Shown here: in pieces, positions 8,019-15,213 of the stretch
How positions within the stretch are numbered: the first letter of the stretch is position 1
Layout: every line of letters begins with the position of its first letter
DNA from: Candidatus Geohabitans tengchongensis
GTDB taxonomy: Bacteria > Sysuimicrobiota > Sysuimicrobiia > Sysuimicrobiales > Humicultoraceae
Direction of reading: 5' to 3'
DNA length: 15,213 nt
Assembly: GCA_031459625.1 (NCBI GenBank)
Contig: JAVKIH010000040.1
Coordinates: 1-15,213, forward strand
Program-made: the position numbers and the translations under genes
Notes under the pieces: model-generated
Database searches by the model: none
What the model was told of the DNA's origin: nothing
What the model saw: only the letters and a program-made list of their open reading frames with translations

Positions 8019-9017
8019 ATGCGGGTATGCGTGATCTTCCTCGATGGCGTCGGGGTGGGCGACGACGACCCGGCCCACAACCCGCTGGTCGCCGTCCCGA
8101 CACCGGCCATCACCGGCCTGCTCGGCCATCCTTTGGCGAACGGATCCAGGACCGGGGATCGCTCCGCACCCGGGCTGGTGCTGGCGCAGGCCGACGCCAC
8201 GCTCGGGGTCCCCGGCCTCCCGCAGAGCGCCACGGGCCAGACCGCGCTGCTCACGGGCCTGAATGCGGCGGCGCTGGTGGGCCGCCACGTCACCGCGCAT
8301 CCCACCGCGGCGCTGCGCGCCCTGCTGGCGGAGCAGAGCCTCCTGGTGCGTGCCCGCGCGGCCGGGCGGGGCGTGGCGCTGGCCAACGCCTACACCCCCG
8401 AGTACCACGCCGGCATCGCCGCCGGGCGCCTGCGCCACGGCGCCTTCACCGTGGCGGCGCTGGGGGCGGCGGTGCCGCTGCGGACCGTGGACGACCTGCG
8501 CCGCGGGGAGGCGGTCTTCCACGACCTCACCAACGGACGGCCCCGCGGGTGGGGGCACGACCTGCCGCTGCGCACCCCCGCGGAGGCCGGTGCGGTCCTG
8601 GCCGGTATCGCCGCCGGTCACGACCTGACCGTCTTCGAGTTCTTCCTGAGCGACCTGGCCGCGCACGGACGCATCCCTGAGGACGTCCCCACGGTGGTCC
8701 GGCTGATCGACGGTCTGCTGGCCGGCGTCCTGGCTGCGCGGCCGGCGGACCTGACCGTGCTGGTGACGAGCGACCACGGCAACCTGGAGGACGGGCGCAC
8801 CCGGCGGCATACCCGCAACCCCGTCCCCGTGCTGGCGATCGGCCCCGCCGCGCGGACGTTTGCGGGGGTGGCGGCGATCACGGACATCGCGCCGGCCGTG
8901 CTGCGCGCGCTGGGGGTGGGCGACGGCCCGCCCGGGGAACCCCACCGCGCCGCGGTGGGCGGTCCGCGCAGCGCGGCGCCGTCGTCGAGGTGGACGCCGG
9001 GCGGGATGTCCGGGTGA
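8019..9017 (+). CDS. Alkaline-phosphatase-superfamily metalloenzyme (cofactor-independent phosphoglycerate mutase / phosphopentomutase-like)
   Basis: Motifs IFLDGVG, LGVPGLPQSATGQTALLTG (candidate Ser/Thr nucleophile), EFFLSDLAAH, VTSDHGNLED, HTRNPVP. Start ATG 8019 (alternative 8013); no SD. Confidence 0.85.
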   Translation: MRVCVIFLDGVGVGDDDPAHNPLVAVPTPAITGLLGHPLANGSRTGDRSAPGLVLAQADATLGVPGLPQSATGQTALLTGLNAAALVGRHVTAHPTAALRALLAEQSLLVRARAAGRGVALANAYTPEYHAGIAAGRLRHGAFTVAALGAAVPLRTVDDLRRGEAVFHDLTNGRPRGWGHDLPLRTPAEAGAVLAGIAAGHDLTVFEFFLSDLAAHGRIPEDVPTVVRLIDGLLAGVLAARPADLTVLVTSDHGNLEDGRTRRHTRNPVPVLAIGPAARTFAGVAAITDIAPAVLRALGVGDGPPGEPHRAAVGGPRSAAPSSRWTPGGMSG

Positions 9018-9031
9018 GGCGGGCCGGAGCG

Positions 9032-11407
9032 ATGGACGAGCGCACGCTGCGCGTCCTCGAGTACGTCACGGTGCGGGCACTGCTGGCCGAGCGCACCGTC
9101 ACCCCCATGGGGCGCGAAGCGGCGGAGGCGCTCCTCCCGACCGCGGACCTGGAGCTGGCCCGCTCGCGCCAGGCGGAGACCAGCGAGGCCGTCGCCCTGC
9201 TGCGCGGCGGCGAGGTGCCGCTGCGCGGGGCGGGGGACCTGCGTCCGCTGGTCCACCACGCCGCCATCGGCGGGGTGCTCGAGCCGGCCGAGCTGCTCCT
9301 GGTCGCCCGCACCCTCCAGGTGGTCCGCCGCCTGCGCGGGCACCTGGAGGCGCGCCGCCAGAGCGCGCCGCGGCTGGCCCAGGTGGCGGCAGGCCTGGTG
9401 CCCCTGCCGGACCTGGAGGCAGCGATCGCGCAGGTGCTGGACGAGGAGGGGCAGGTGCGCGACGATGCCAGCCCCGCCCTCGCTCGCCTCCGCGCCGACC
9501 TGCGGACGGTGGAGCGGCGCATCCGGGAGCGGCTGATGGAGATCCTCCGCCACCCCGCCTACGCGCGCATGCTGCAGGAGCCGCTCATCACGGTGCGCGG
9601 CGACCGCTTCGTGGTCCCGGTCAAGGTGGAGGCGCGGGCGCAGTTCCCCGGGCTGGTACACGACCAGTCCAGCAGCGGGGCGACGGTCTTCATGGAGCCG
9701 CTCGCGGTCGTCGCGCTGGGCAACCGGCGCCGCGAGCTGGAGGCCATGGAGCGCGCCGAGGTCCGGCGCCTGCTGCAGGCGCTCTCGCGCCGCGTGGCCG
9801 AGGCGGCGGAGCCCATGGCAGCCACGCTGACGGCGCTGGGGGCGGTGGACCTGGCGCTGGCCCGCGCGGCGCTCAGCGAGGCGTGGGAGGCCACGGAGCC
9901 GCGCCTGGTCGCCGACGGCCCGCTGGAGTTGCGCCGGGCCCGCCACCCGCTGCTCCTCCACCACCTGGGCCGCGAGCGGGTCGTCCCCATCGACGTCACG
10001 CTCGGCGGCGCCTTCCGCACGCTCGTGGTCACCGGCCCCAACACCGGGGGCAAGACCGTGACCCTGAAGACCGTGGGCCTGCTGACGCTGATGGCGCAAT
10101 CGGGGCTGCACATCCCGGCGGCACCGGGCTCGGCCGTGCGCGTCTTCCCCCAGGTCTTCGCCGACATCGGGGACGAGCAGTCCATCGCGCAGAGCCTCTC
10201 CACCTTCTCCTCCCACCTGCGCAGCATCGTCGCCATCCTGGGAGCGCTGGCGCCGCCGGCCCTCGTCCTCCTCGACGAGATCGGGGCGGGCACCGACCCG
10301 ACGGAGGGGGCGGCGCTGGCCCGGGCGATCATCGAGACGCTGCACGAGCGCGGGGCCTGGACCATCGTCACCACGCACTACAGCGAGCTGAAGACCCTGG
10401 CCCACCAGCTGCCCGGGGTGGAGAACGCCTCGGTGGAGTTCGACCCGGAGACGCTGCGCCCGACCTACCGCCTGCTCACGGGACAACCGGGGCGCAGCAA
10501 CGCCTTCATCATCGCCGCCCGGCTGGGACTCCCTGCGGCGGTCGTGGAGCGCGCCCGGGGGTACCTGTCGCGGGACCAGGTGCGGGTCGACGAGCTGCTG
10601 GCCGAACTGACCCACAACCGGGCTCGGGCCGAGCGCGACCGGGAGGAGGCCGAGCGGCTGCGGGCCGAGGCCGGCGCGCTGCGCGAGCGGTTCGCGGCGG
10701 AGGTGGCCCGCCTGGAAGCGGCGCGCGCCGAGGTGCTGCGACGAGCCCGGCGGGAGGTCGAGGAAGCGGTGCGGCAGGCGCGGCGCGAAGTGGCAGCCCT
10801 GCTGGAAGAGGCCCGCGGCCGCCGCACCCCGGAGGCCGCTCGGGACGCGCGCCGGCGCCTGGAGGCGCTGGCGGCCGCCTGGGCAGAACGGTTGGGGGGC
10901 GAAGCGGAGGCGGCGGGCGAGGCGCCGCAGCAGGTGGAGGTGGGGCAGACGGTGCTGGTCGCCGGCCTGGGGCAGACGGGCCGGGTCGTGGCTGCGACCA
11001 ACGACCGGGGCGAGGTCGAGGTGGAGGTGGGCCGGGTGCGGTTGCGCGTGCCGCTGGCGGGCCTGCGCCTGAGCCGAGCAGGAGCGGCGGCCACCGCGCC
11101 AGGTGCGCCGGCCGGCCCCCGCACCGAGACGGCCGCGCGCGTGGCGCCCGTACTCGAGACGCCGGCCAGCGCGCTGTCCCTGCGCGGCCTGACCGTCGAC
11201 GACGCGCTCCTGGAGGTGGACCGCTACCTGGACGCCGCCGTCCTGGCCGGGCTGCCCCGCGTGACGCTCATCCACGGAAAGGGCACAGGGGTGCTGCGGC
11301 GCGCCGTCCAGGACTTCCTCCGCGGCCACCCGCACGTGCGGACCTACCGTCCCGGCGCGCCCGGCGAGGGCGGCGAGGGCGTGACGGTAGTGGAGCTCGA
11401 TGTCTAG
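9032..11407 (+). CDS. mutS2: Endonuclease MutS2 (RqcU-type; ATPase, coiled coil, KOW, Smr)
   Basis: ATG 9032 with GGAG SD, MDERTLRVLEY start; VHDQSSSGATVFMEP, TGPNTGGKT, DIGDEQSIAQSLSTFSSH, LLDEIGAGTDP, TTHYSELK; KOW-like VGQTVLV..LGQTGRV; Smr LRGLTVDDA...IHGKGTGVLR...GGEGVT. Confidence 0.96.
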   Translation: MDERTLRVLEYVTVRALLAERTVTPMGREAAEALLPTADLELARSRQAETSEAVALLRGGEVPLRGAGDLRPLVHHAAIGGVLEPAELLLVARTLQVVRRLRGHLEARRQSAPRLAQVAAGLVPLPDLEAAIAQVLDEEGQVRDDASPALARLRADLRTVERRIRERLMEILRHPAYARMLQEPLITVRGDRFVVPVKVEARAQFPGLVHDQSSSGATVFMEPLAVVALGNRRRELEAMERAEVRRLLQALSRRVAEAAEPMAATLTALGAVDLALARAALSEAWEATEPRLVADGPLELRRARHPLLLHHLGRERVVPIDVTLGGAFRTLVVTGPNTGGKTVTLKTVGLLTLMAQSGLHIPAAPGSAVRVFPQVFADIGDEQSIAQSLSTFSSHLRSIVAILGALAPPALVLLDEIGAGTDPTEGAALARAIIETLHERGAWTIVTTHYSELKTLAHQLPGVENASVEFDPETLRPTYRLLTGQPGRSNAFIIAARLGLPAAVVERARGYLSRDQVRVDELLAELTHNRARAERDREEAERLRAEAGALRERFAAEVARLEAARAEVLRRARREVEEAVRQARREVAALLEEARGRRTPEAARDARRRLEALAAAWAERLGGEAEAAGEAPQQVEVGQTVLVAGLGQTGRVVAATNDRGEVEVEVGRVRLRVPLAGLRLSRAGAAATAPGAPAGPRTETAARVAPVLETPASALSLRGLTVDDALLEVDRYLDAAVLAGLPRVTLIHGKGTGVLRRAVQDFLRGHPHVRTYRPGAPGEGGEGVTVVELDV

Positions 11408-11843
11408 CGCGGGGTTCACGGCGCTCCTGCGCGTGGAGATGCTGCCGGTTCTGAGCCGGCTGCCGGCCTACTCCCGCCTGGCCTGGGCGGTGGTGCGCGA
11501 CCCGCAGGTGGCGCCGGCGCCCAAGGCCCTGGTCTTCGGCGGCGTGGCCTACCTGTTGTCGCCCCTGGACCTCATCCCCGGTTTCATCCCGGTGCTGGGG
11601 CAGCTGGACGACCTGGCGGTGGCGCTGTGGTCGCTGCGGACCGCCCTCCGCGCCGCGCCCGCCGAGGTGGTAGAAGGCCACCTGGCGCGGCAGGGGCTCT
11701 CCTGGGAGGTGCTCGACGCGGACCTGGCGCGCGTCGGCCGCTCGGGACGGCTGGTCACCCGCACGGCGCTGCGGGCCGGGGGTCGGGCCGTAGCCAGCCT
11801 GGGACGGGGCGTCTGGCGGCTGGGCCGCCGGCTGGTGGGGTGA
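11400..11843 (+). CDS. YkvA / DUF1232-family protein
   Basis: Motif AYLLSPLDLIPGFIPVLGQLDDL; 8-nt overlap with the mutS2 stop. Confidence 0.88.
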   Translation: MSSAGFTALLRVEMLPVLSRLPAYSRLAWAVVRDPQVAPAPKALVFGGVAYLLSPLDLIPGFIPVLGQLDDLAVALWSLRTALRAAPAEVVEGHLARQGLSWEVLDADLARVGRSGRLVTRTALRAGGRAVASLGRGVWRLGRRLVG

Positions 11844-11850
11844 GGGCACC

Positions 11851-12021
11851 ATGCCTGCGGGGCTCCACGCGTTCGGCGCCCACGTGGTCCCGGAGGACCG
11901 GGCCGACACGGAGGAGGTCCTGGGGCGGCTGAAGGAACTCCTCCTGGAGGAGTTCGACCTGACCCACACCACGCTCCAGCTGGAGCGGCACGGCTTTGTC
12001 GAGGTGCGAGGGCACGTATGA
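11851..12021 (+). pseudogene. 56-aa C-terminal fragment of a cation diffusion facilitator (CzcD/ZitB-like); remnant or stand-alone mini-protein
   Basis: Manual translation MPAGLHAFGAHVVPEDRADTEEVLGRLKELLLEEFDLTHTTLQLERHGFVEVRGHV* resembles the CDF tail (..SG..A.SAHVV...L..L..EF.I.HTT.Q.E). SD-like GAGGG upstream; ATGA overlap with tyrS. Confidence 0.75.
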
Positions 12022-13262
12022 GCACGACCCGCTTGAGTCCCGAAGCCCAGCTCGAGCTCCTGCGCCGCGGGGCGGTGGAGATCATCACCGAGGAGGACCT
12101 GCTGGCCAAGCTGCGCGAGGGGCGGCCGCTGCGGGTGAAGCTCGGGCTGGACCCCACCGCCCCTCACCTGCACCTCGGCTTCGCCGTCGTCCTGCGCAAG
12201 CTGCGCCAGTTCCAGGACCTGGGGCACGAGGCCATCCTGGTCATCGGCGACGGGACGGCCCTCATCGGGGACCCCTCGGAGCGCAAGCGCACCCGCCCCA
12301 TGCTCACGCGGGAGGAGATCGCCCGCAACGCCGAGACCTACCGCCAGCAGTACGGCGTGATCCTCGACCCCGCCCGCACCCGCGTCGTCTTCAACAGCAC
12401 CTGGCTGCTGCCGCTGACGCTCGCGGATATCATCGGGCTGACCTCCAAGGTCACCGTGGCCCGCGTCCTGGAGCGGGATGACTTCCAGGCCCGCCTGCGC
12501 GAGGGCGTACCCGTCTTCCTGCACGAGCTGCTCTACCCGCTGGCACAGGCCTACGACTCGGTGATGGTCCAGGCCGACGTGGAGCTGGGCGGGACCGACC
12601 AGAAGTTCAACAACCTGATGGGGCGCGACCTGCAGCGCGAGTTCGGCCAGCCGCCGCAGGTGGTGCTGCTCACCCCGCTGCTGGTGGGCACCGACGGCGT
12701 GGAGAAGATGAGCAAGTCGCTGGGCAACTACATCGGCATCACCGAGCCCCCGGCGGAGATGTACGGCAAGGTGATGTCCATCCCCGACCGGGTCATGCCC
12801 GACTACTTCACCTACGCCACCGACCTGCCCCCCGAGGAGGTGGCGGCCATCCTGCGCGACCTGGCGGCGGGGACGCTCCACCCGCGCGACGCCAAGCGGC
12901 GCCTGGCGCGGGAGATCGTCGCCATGTGGCACGGGCGGGAGGCGGCCGAGGCGGCGGAGCGGGCCTTCGACGAGGTCTTCGTGGCCGGGGGCCTCCCCGA
13001 GGAGATCCCGGAGGTGCGCCTGGCGGCGCCCGGCGGACCGGATGCGGTGGCCCACGTGGTGCGGCGGCGGGTGGTCCCGCTCCTCGTGGAGGTGGGGCTG
13101 GCCCGCAGCCACAGCGAGGCGCGCCGGCTGGTGGTGCAGGGCGGGGTGGCGGTGGACGGCCAGCGCGTGACCGAACCCGAGGCCGAGGTGGCCGTCTACG
13201 ACGGCGCCGTGCTGCGCGTGGGGAAGCGCCGCTTCGTGCGCGTGCGCCTGGTGGAGGGCTGA
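12018..13262 (+). CDS. tyrS: Tyrosine--tRNA ligase
   Basis: VKLGLDPTAPHLHLGF (HIGH region), IGDPS, YPLAQAYDS, DVELGGTDQKFN, KMSKSLGNYI; C-terminal S4-like domain (SHSEARRLVVQGGVAVDG...VGKRRF). Confidence 0.97.
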   Translation: MSTTRLSPEAQLELLRRGAVEIITEEDLLAKLREGRPLRVKLGLDPTAPHLHLGFAVVLRKLRQFQDLGHEAILVIGDGTALIGDPSERKRTRPMLTREEIARNAETYRQQYGVILDPARTRVVFNSTWLLPLTLADIIGLTSKVTVARVLERDDFQARLREGVPVFLHELLYPLAQAYDSVMVQADVELGGTDQKFNNLMGRDLQREFGQPPQVVLLTPLLVGTDGVEKMSKSLGNYIGITEPPAEMYGKVMSIPDRVMPDYFTYATDLPPEEVAAILRDLAAGTLHPRDAKRRLAREIVAMWHGREAAEAAERAFDEVFVAGGLPEEIPEVRLAAPGGPDAVAHVVRRRVVPLLVEVGLARSHSEARRLVVQGGVAVDGQRVTEPEAEVAVYDGAVLRVGKRRFVRVRLVEG

Positions 13263-13275
13263 GGGCGAGAAGGCG

Positions 13276-14505
13276 ATGACGACGCCGCCGACGCCCGATC
13301 CGGTCGAGCCCCTGCGCCGTGAGGTCCTGGCGGCGGTGGACGAGGCCGCCGGGGAGCTGTGGGCGCTCGCCCTCGACATCCACGCCCACCCCGAGGTGGC
13401 CTTCCAGGAGCACCACGCCGCCGAGGTCCTCACCGCCGCCCTGGCCCGGCACGGCTTCCGCATCACCCGGCCCGTGGCGGACCTCGCCACCGCCTTCCGC
13501 GCCGAAGTCGGTGGCGACCGCCCCGGCCCCACCGTGGCTTTCCTGGCCGAGTACGACGCCCTGCCGGAGATCGGCCACGCCTGCGGCCACAACCTCATCT
13601 GCACCATGGCGCTCGGCGCGGGCATCGGCCTGCGGCGGGTCGCCGACCGCCTGCCCGGGCGCGTCCTCGTGCTGGGCACGCCCGCCGAGGAGGGCGGCGG
13701 GGGCAAGGTGCTGATGCTGCAACGGGGGGCTTTCGCCGGGGTGGACGCCGCCCTCATGGTCCACCCGGCCGGCGTGACGCTGCCGGCGCGCGGGTCGCTG
13801 GCCTCCAACCGGCTCAAGGTGCGCTACCTGGGCCGGGCCGCCCACGCCGCCTCGGCGCCCTTCGAGGGGGTCAACGCCCTGGACGCCCTCATCCTGCTGT
13901 TCGCGGCCGTTGGGCTGCTGCGCCAGCAGCTGCGCGACGACGCCCGCATCCACGGGATCATCACCTACGGTGGGTCGGCGGTGAACGTCATCCCCGACCG
14001 GGCCGAGGCCGTCTTCTCGGTGCGCGCCGCCGACGGCGAGTACGCGCAGGAGGCCATGGCGAAGGTCGTCAACTGTGCCCAGGCGGCGGCGCAGGCCACG
14101 GGGGCGACGCTGGAGTACGAGATCGTGCCCGGCTACGCGGCCATCCGGCCGAACCGTCCGCTGGCGGAGGCCTTCGCCCGCCACCTGGAGGCGCTGGGCT
14201 GGCCGATCGACCCGGCCCCGGAGCGGCCGCGCATGGGCTCCACCGACATGGGCAACGTGAGCGTGGCCCTGCCCGCCATCCACCCCTACATCGCCATCGG
14301 GCCGGCGGAGCTGAAGGGGCACACGGTGGAGTTCCAGGAGGCCGCGGTCTCGCCGAAGGCCCGGGAGGCGCTGGTGGCGGCGGCGAAGGCGATGGCGCTC
14401 GTAGGCCTCGACCTCCTCACCGACCCGGCCTTCCTGGAGGCGGTGCGGGCGGACTTCGCCGCAGGCGCCCTGCCGGGGATGGCGGCGGGCGGCGCGTCGC
14501 CTTGA
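13276..14505 (+). CDS. M20-family amidohydrolase (ACY1L2/PM20D2/AbgB-like)
   Basis: Motifs IHAHPEVAFQE, LAEYDALPEIGHACGHNLI, GTPAEEGGGGK, GRAAHAASAPFEGVNALDA, GSTDMGNVS, H.VEF. Confidence 0.92.
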   Translation: MTTPPTPDPVEPLRREVLAAVDEAAGELWALALDIHAHPEVAFQEHHAAEVLTAALARHGFRITRPVADLATAFRAEVGGDRPGPTVAFLAEYDALPEIGHACGHNLICTMALGAGIGLRRVADRLPGRVLVLGTPAEEGGGGKVLMLQRGAFAGVDAALMVHPAGVTLPARGSLASNRLKVRYLGRAAHAASAPFEGVNALDALILLFAAVGLLRQQLRDDARIHGIITYGGSAVNVIPDRAEAVFSVRAADGEYAQEAMAKVVNCAQAAAQATGATLEYEIVPGYAAIRPNRPLAEAFARHLEALGWPIDPAPERPRMGSTDMGNVSVALPAIHPYIAIGPAELKGHTVEFQEAAVSPKAREALVAAAKAMALVGLDLLTDPAFLEAVRADFAAGALPGMAAGGASP

Positions 14506-14530
14506 CCGCTCTCCCCGGGGTGCCTACGAT
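14502..14530 (+). promoter_or_regulatory. Sigma70-type promoter for tRNA-Ile: TTGACC-N17-TACGAT
   Basis: -35 TTGACC at 14502-14507 (overlaps the M20 TGA stop), 17-bp spacer, -10 TACGAT at 14525-14530, about 50 nt upstream of the tRNA. Confidence 0.75.
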
Positions 14531-14581
14531 AGGGGTGTGACAGGTGACGTCGGCCGCCCGGCCGGCGTTTGCCGTCTGCGC

Positions 14582-14658
14582 GGGCCCTTAGCTCAGGTGG
14601 TGAGAGCGCACCCCTGATAAGGGTGAGGTCCGTGGTTCGAGTCCACGAGGGCCCACCA
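14582..14658 (+). tRNA. tRNA-Ile (anticodon GAT), CCA encoded
   Basis: Acceptor stem GGGCCCT/AGGGCCC, D arm GCTC..GAGC, anticodon stem CACCC/GGGTG with loop CTGATAA (GAT at 14616-14618), T arm CGTGG-TTCGAGT-CCACG, 3' ACCA; 77 nt. Confidence 0.97.
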
Positions 14659-14675
14659 CTCTTCCCTAGCTCTCC

Positions 14676-14693
14676 AGGCCGTCCAGACGGCCT
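14676..14693. repeat. Inverted repeat AGGCCGTC-CA-GACGGCCT just 3' of the tRNA (possible hairpin or protein-binding site)
   Basis: Perfect 8-bp arms; no clear U-tract follows, so a terminator role is uncertain. Confidence 0.5.
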
Positions 14694-14903
14694 CAAGATT
14701 CTTAGCCTTTCACAGACTTGTCAGGGGATTTCCTCGGTGTCTTCCTAATAGTCACCCTTACCTTCCTAGCCTGATGCCATTGTTCCTTGGGCACTAAGGA
14801 GTGGGAACCTCGTTGTCCCAATTTGTCTTGAAATGCCCCGACACAAGAACGGCACAGACGATAGAGAGCTAATCAAGTAGCCACTCCTTTGAGGAGAGAT
14901 GCA

Positions 14904-15028
14904 ATGCGGCGATCATTCGCAATCATTTTCATAGTTTCAAGTAGTCTTCTTCTCGTCCCTTCCGTGGCGACTCCTAAGAAGGTTTGGGCGGACGAACCCG
15001 GCTGGTATGAAAACTATCTACTTCAAGT
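14904..15028 (+). pseudogene. 5' part of a secreted-protein gene interrupted by IS256
   Basis: GAGGAG SD at 14891-14896, ATG 14904; MRRSFAIIFIVSSSLLLVPSVATPKKVWA|DEPGWYENYLLQV looks like a signal peptide plus mature start. The rest of track ORF 14889..15074 is read-through into the IS end. Confidence 0.65.
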
Positions 15029-15213
15029 GAGTCAATACCAAAGTTCGTTGAGATTCGGGAAGGCGCCGGCATGATCACGCCGCTGTCACCTCCCGCCCCA
15101 TGGCTCGCTGTAGGGCTCGCCGGAGTTTCGGTAGCGCCCGATACCCGCGCATCCGACGCAGTCGAGGCTCAATATCCAGGAGCGCGGTCGCCAGCCAGCG
15201 CTGCTTCTGGTCG
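15029..15213 (-). mobile_element. Right end of an IS256-family insertion sequence (partial; runs off the right edge)
   Basis: Transposase C-terminus on the - strand, followed by ...AATCTCAACGAACTTTGGTATTGACTC, which resembles IS256-type right inverted repeats from memory. GC content rises again inside the element. Confidence 0.8.
15075..15212 (-). CDS. IS256-family transposase, C-terminal 45 aa (partial)
   Basis: Manual translation DQKQRWLATALLDIEPRLRRMRGYRALPKLRRALQRAMGREVTAA*, matching the IS256 tail pattern RW.A..LL..E.R.RR..GY..LP.L..AL; not in the ORF track. Confidence 0.8.
   Translation of the reverse strand, partial: DQKQRWLATALLDIEPRLRRMRGYRALPKLRRALQRAMGREVTAA

Larger units (their letters stand above)
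14659..15028. mobile_element. Low-GC segment starting at the tRNA 3' end; probable edge of a tRNA-integrated genomic island
   Basis: Abrupt change from very GC-rich to roughly balanced composition right after CCA, with AT-rich codons in the contained ORF. No integrase is visible in the window. Confidence 0.55.

Noticed and set aside
11844..12017. Possible T-box riboswitch upstream of tyrS
   Set aside because: No T-box consensus (TGGGTGGTACCGCG-like) or terminator is present, and the space is filled by the CDF-fragment ORF.
99..14540. Many long alternative-frame and antisense ORFs (e.g. 99..1169, 1805..3640, 3635..5092, 8618..11419, 8860..11454, 11268..13817, 12808..14322)
   Set aside because: They are Arg/Gly/Pro/Ala-rich shadow frames of well-supported genes, expected in very high-GC DNA with few stop codons, and show no family motifs.
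1..15213. CRISPR arrays, rRNA genes or long tandem repeats
   Set aside because: No regularly spaced repeats or rRNA-like sequence were seen by eye.

Overview
Very GC-rich bacterial chromosomal segment (roughly 70-75% GC by eye), bounded at both ends by insertion sequences that the ORF track misses. The left edge holds the 3' end and right terminus of an IS481-family element that has cut the 5' end off an MPG/AAG-type 3-methyladenine DNA glycosylase gene. Next is a tightly coupled + strand cluster: LivH-like and LivM-like permeases, a Liv-type binding protein (no ATPase genes in the cluster), a GS-like gamma-glutamyl-amine ligase, a FluG/NodGS-type amidohydrolase and a PuuD-like gamma-glutamyl hydrolase. 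This looks like an amine gamma-glutamylation module with the two FluG domains as separate genes in reversed order. A secreted TPR protein gene (- strand) diverges from a probably leaderless metalloenzyme gene across overlapping -10 boxes. That gene begins a run of metalloenzyme, mutS2, YkvA/DUF1232, an unannotated 56-aa CDF-transporter C-terminal fragment, tyrS (HIGH motif reads HLGF) and an M20 amidohydrolase. A stand-alone tRNA-Ile(GAT) with its own sigma70-type promoter follows. After it the GC content drops sharply, suggesting an island junction, and a signal-peptide gene there is interrupted by an IS256-family element that runs off the right edge. All assignments come from reading motifs by eye; no searches were run.
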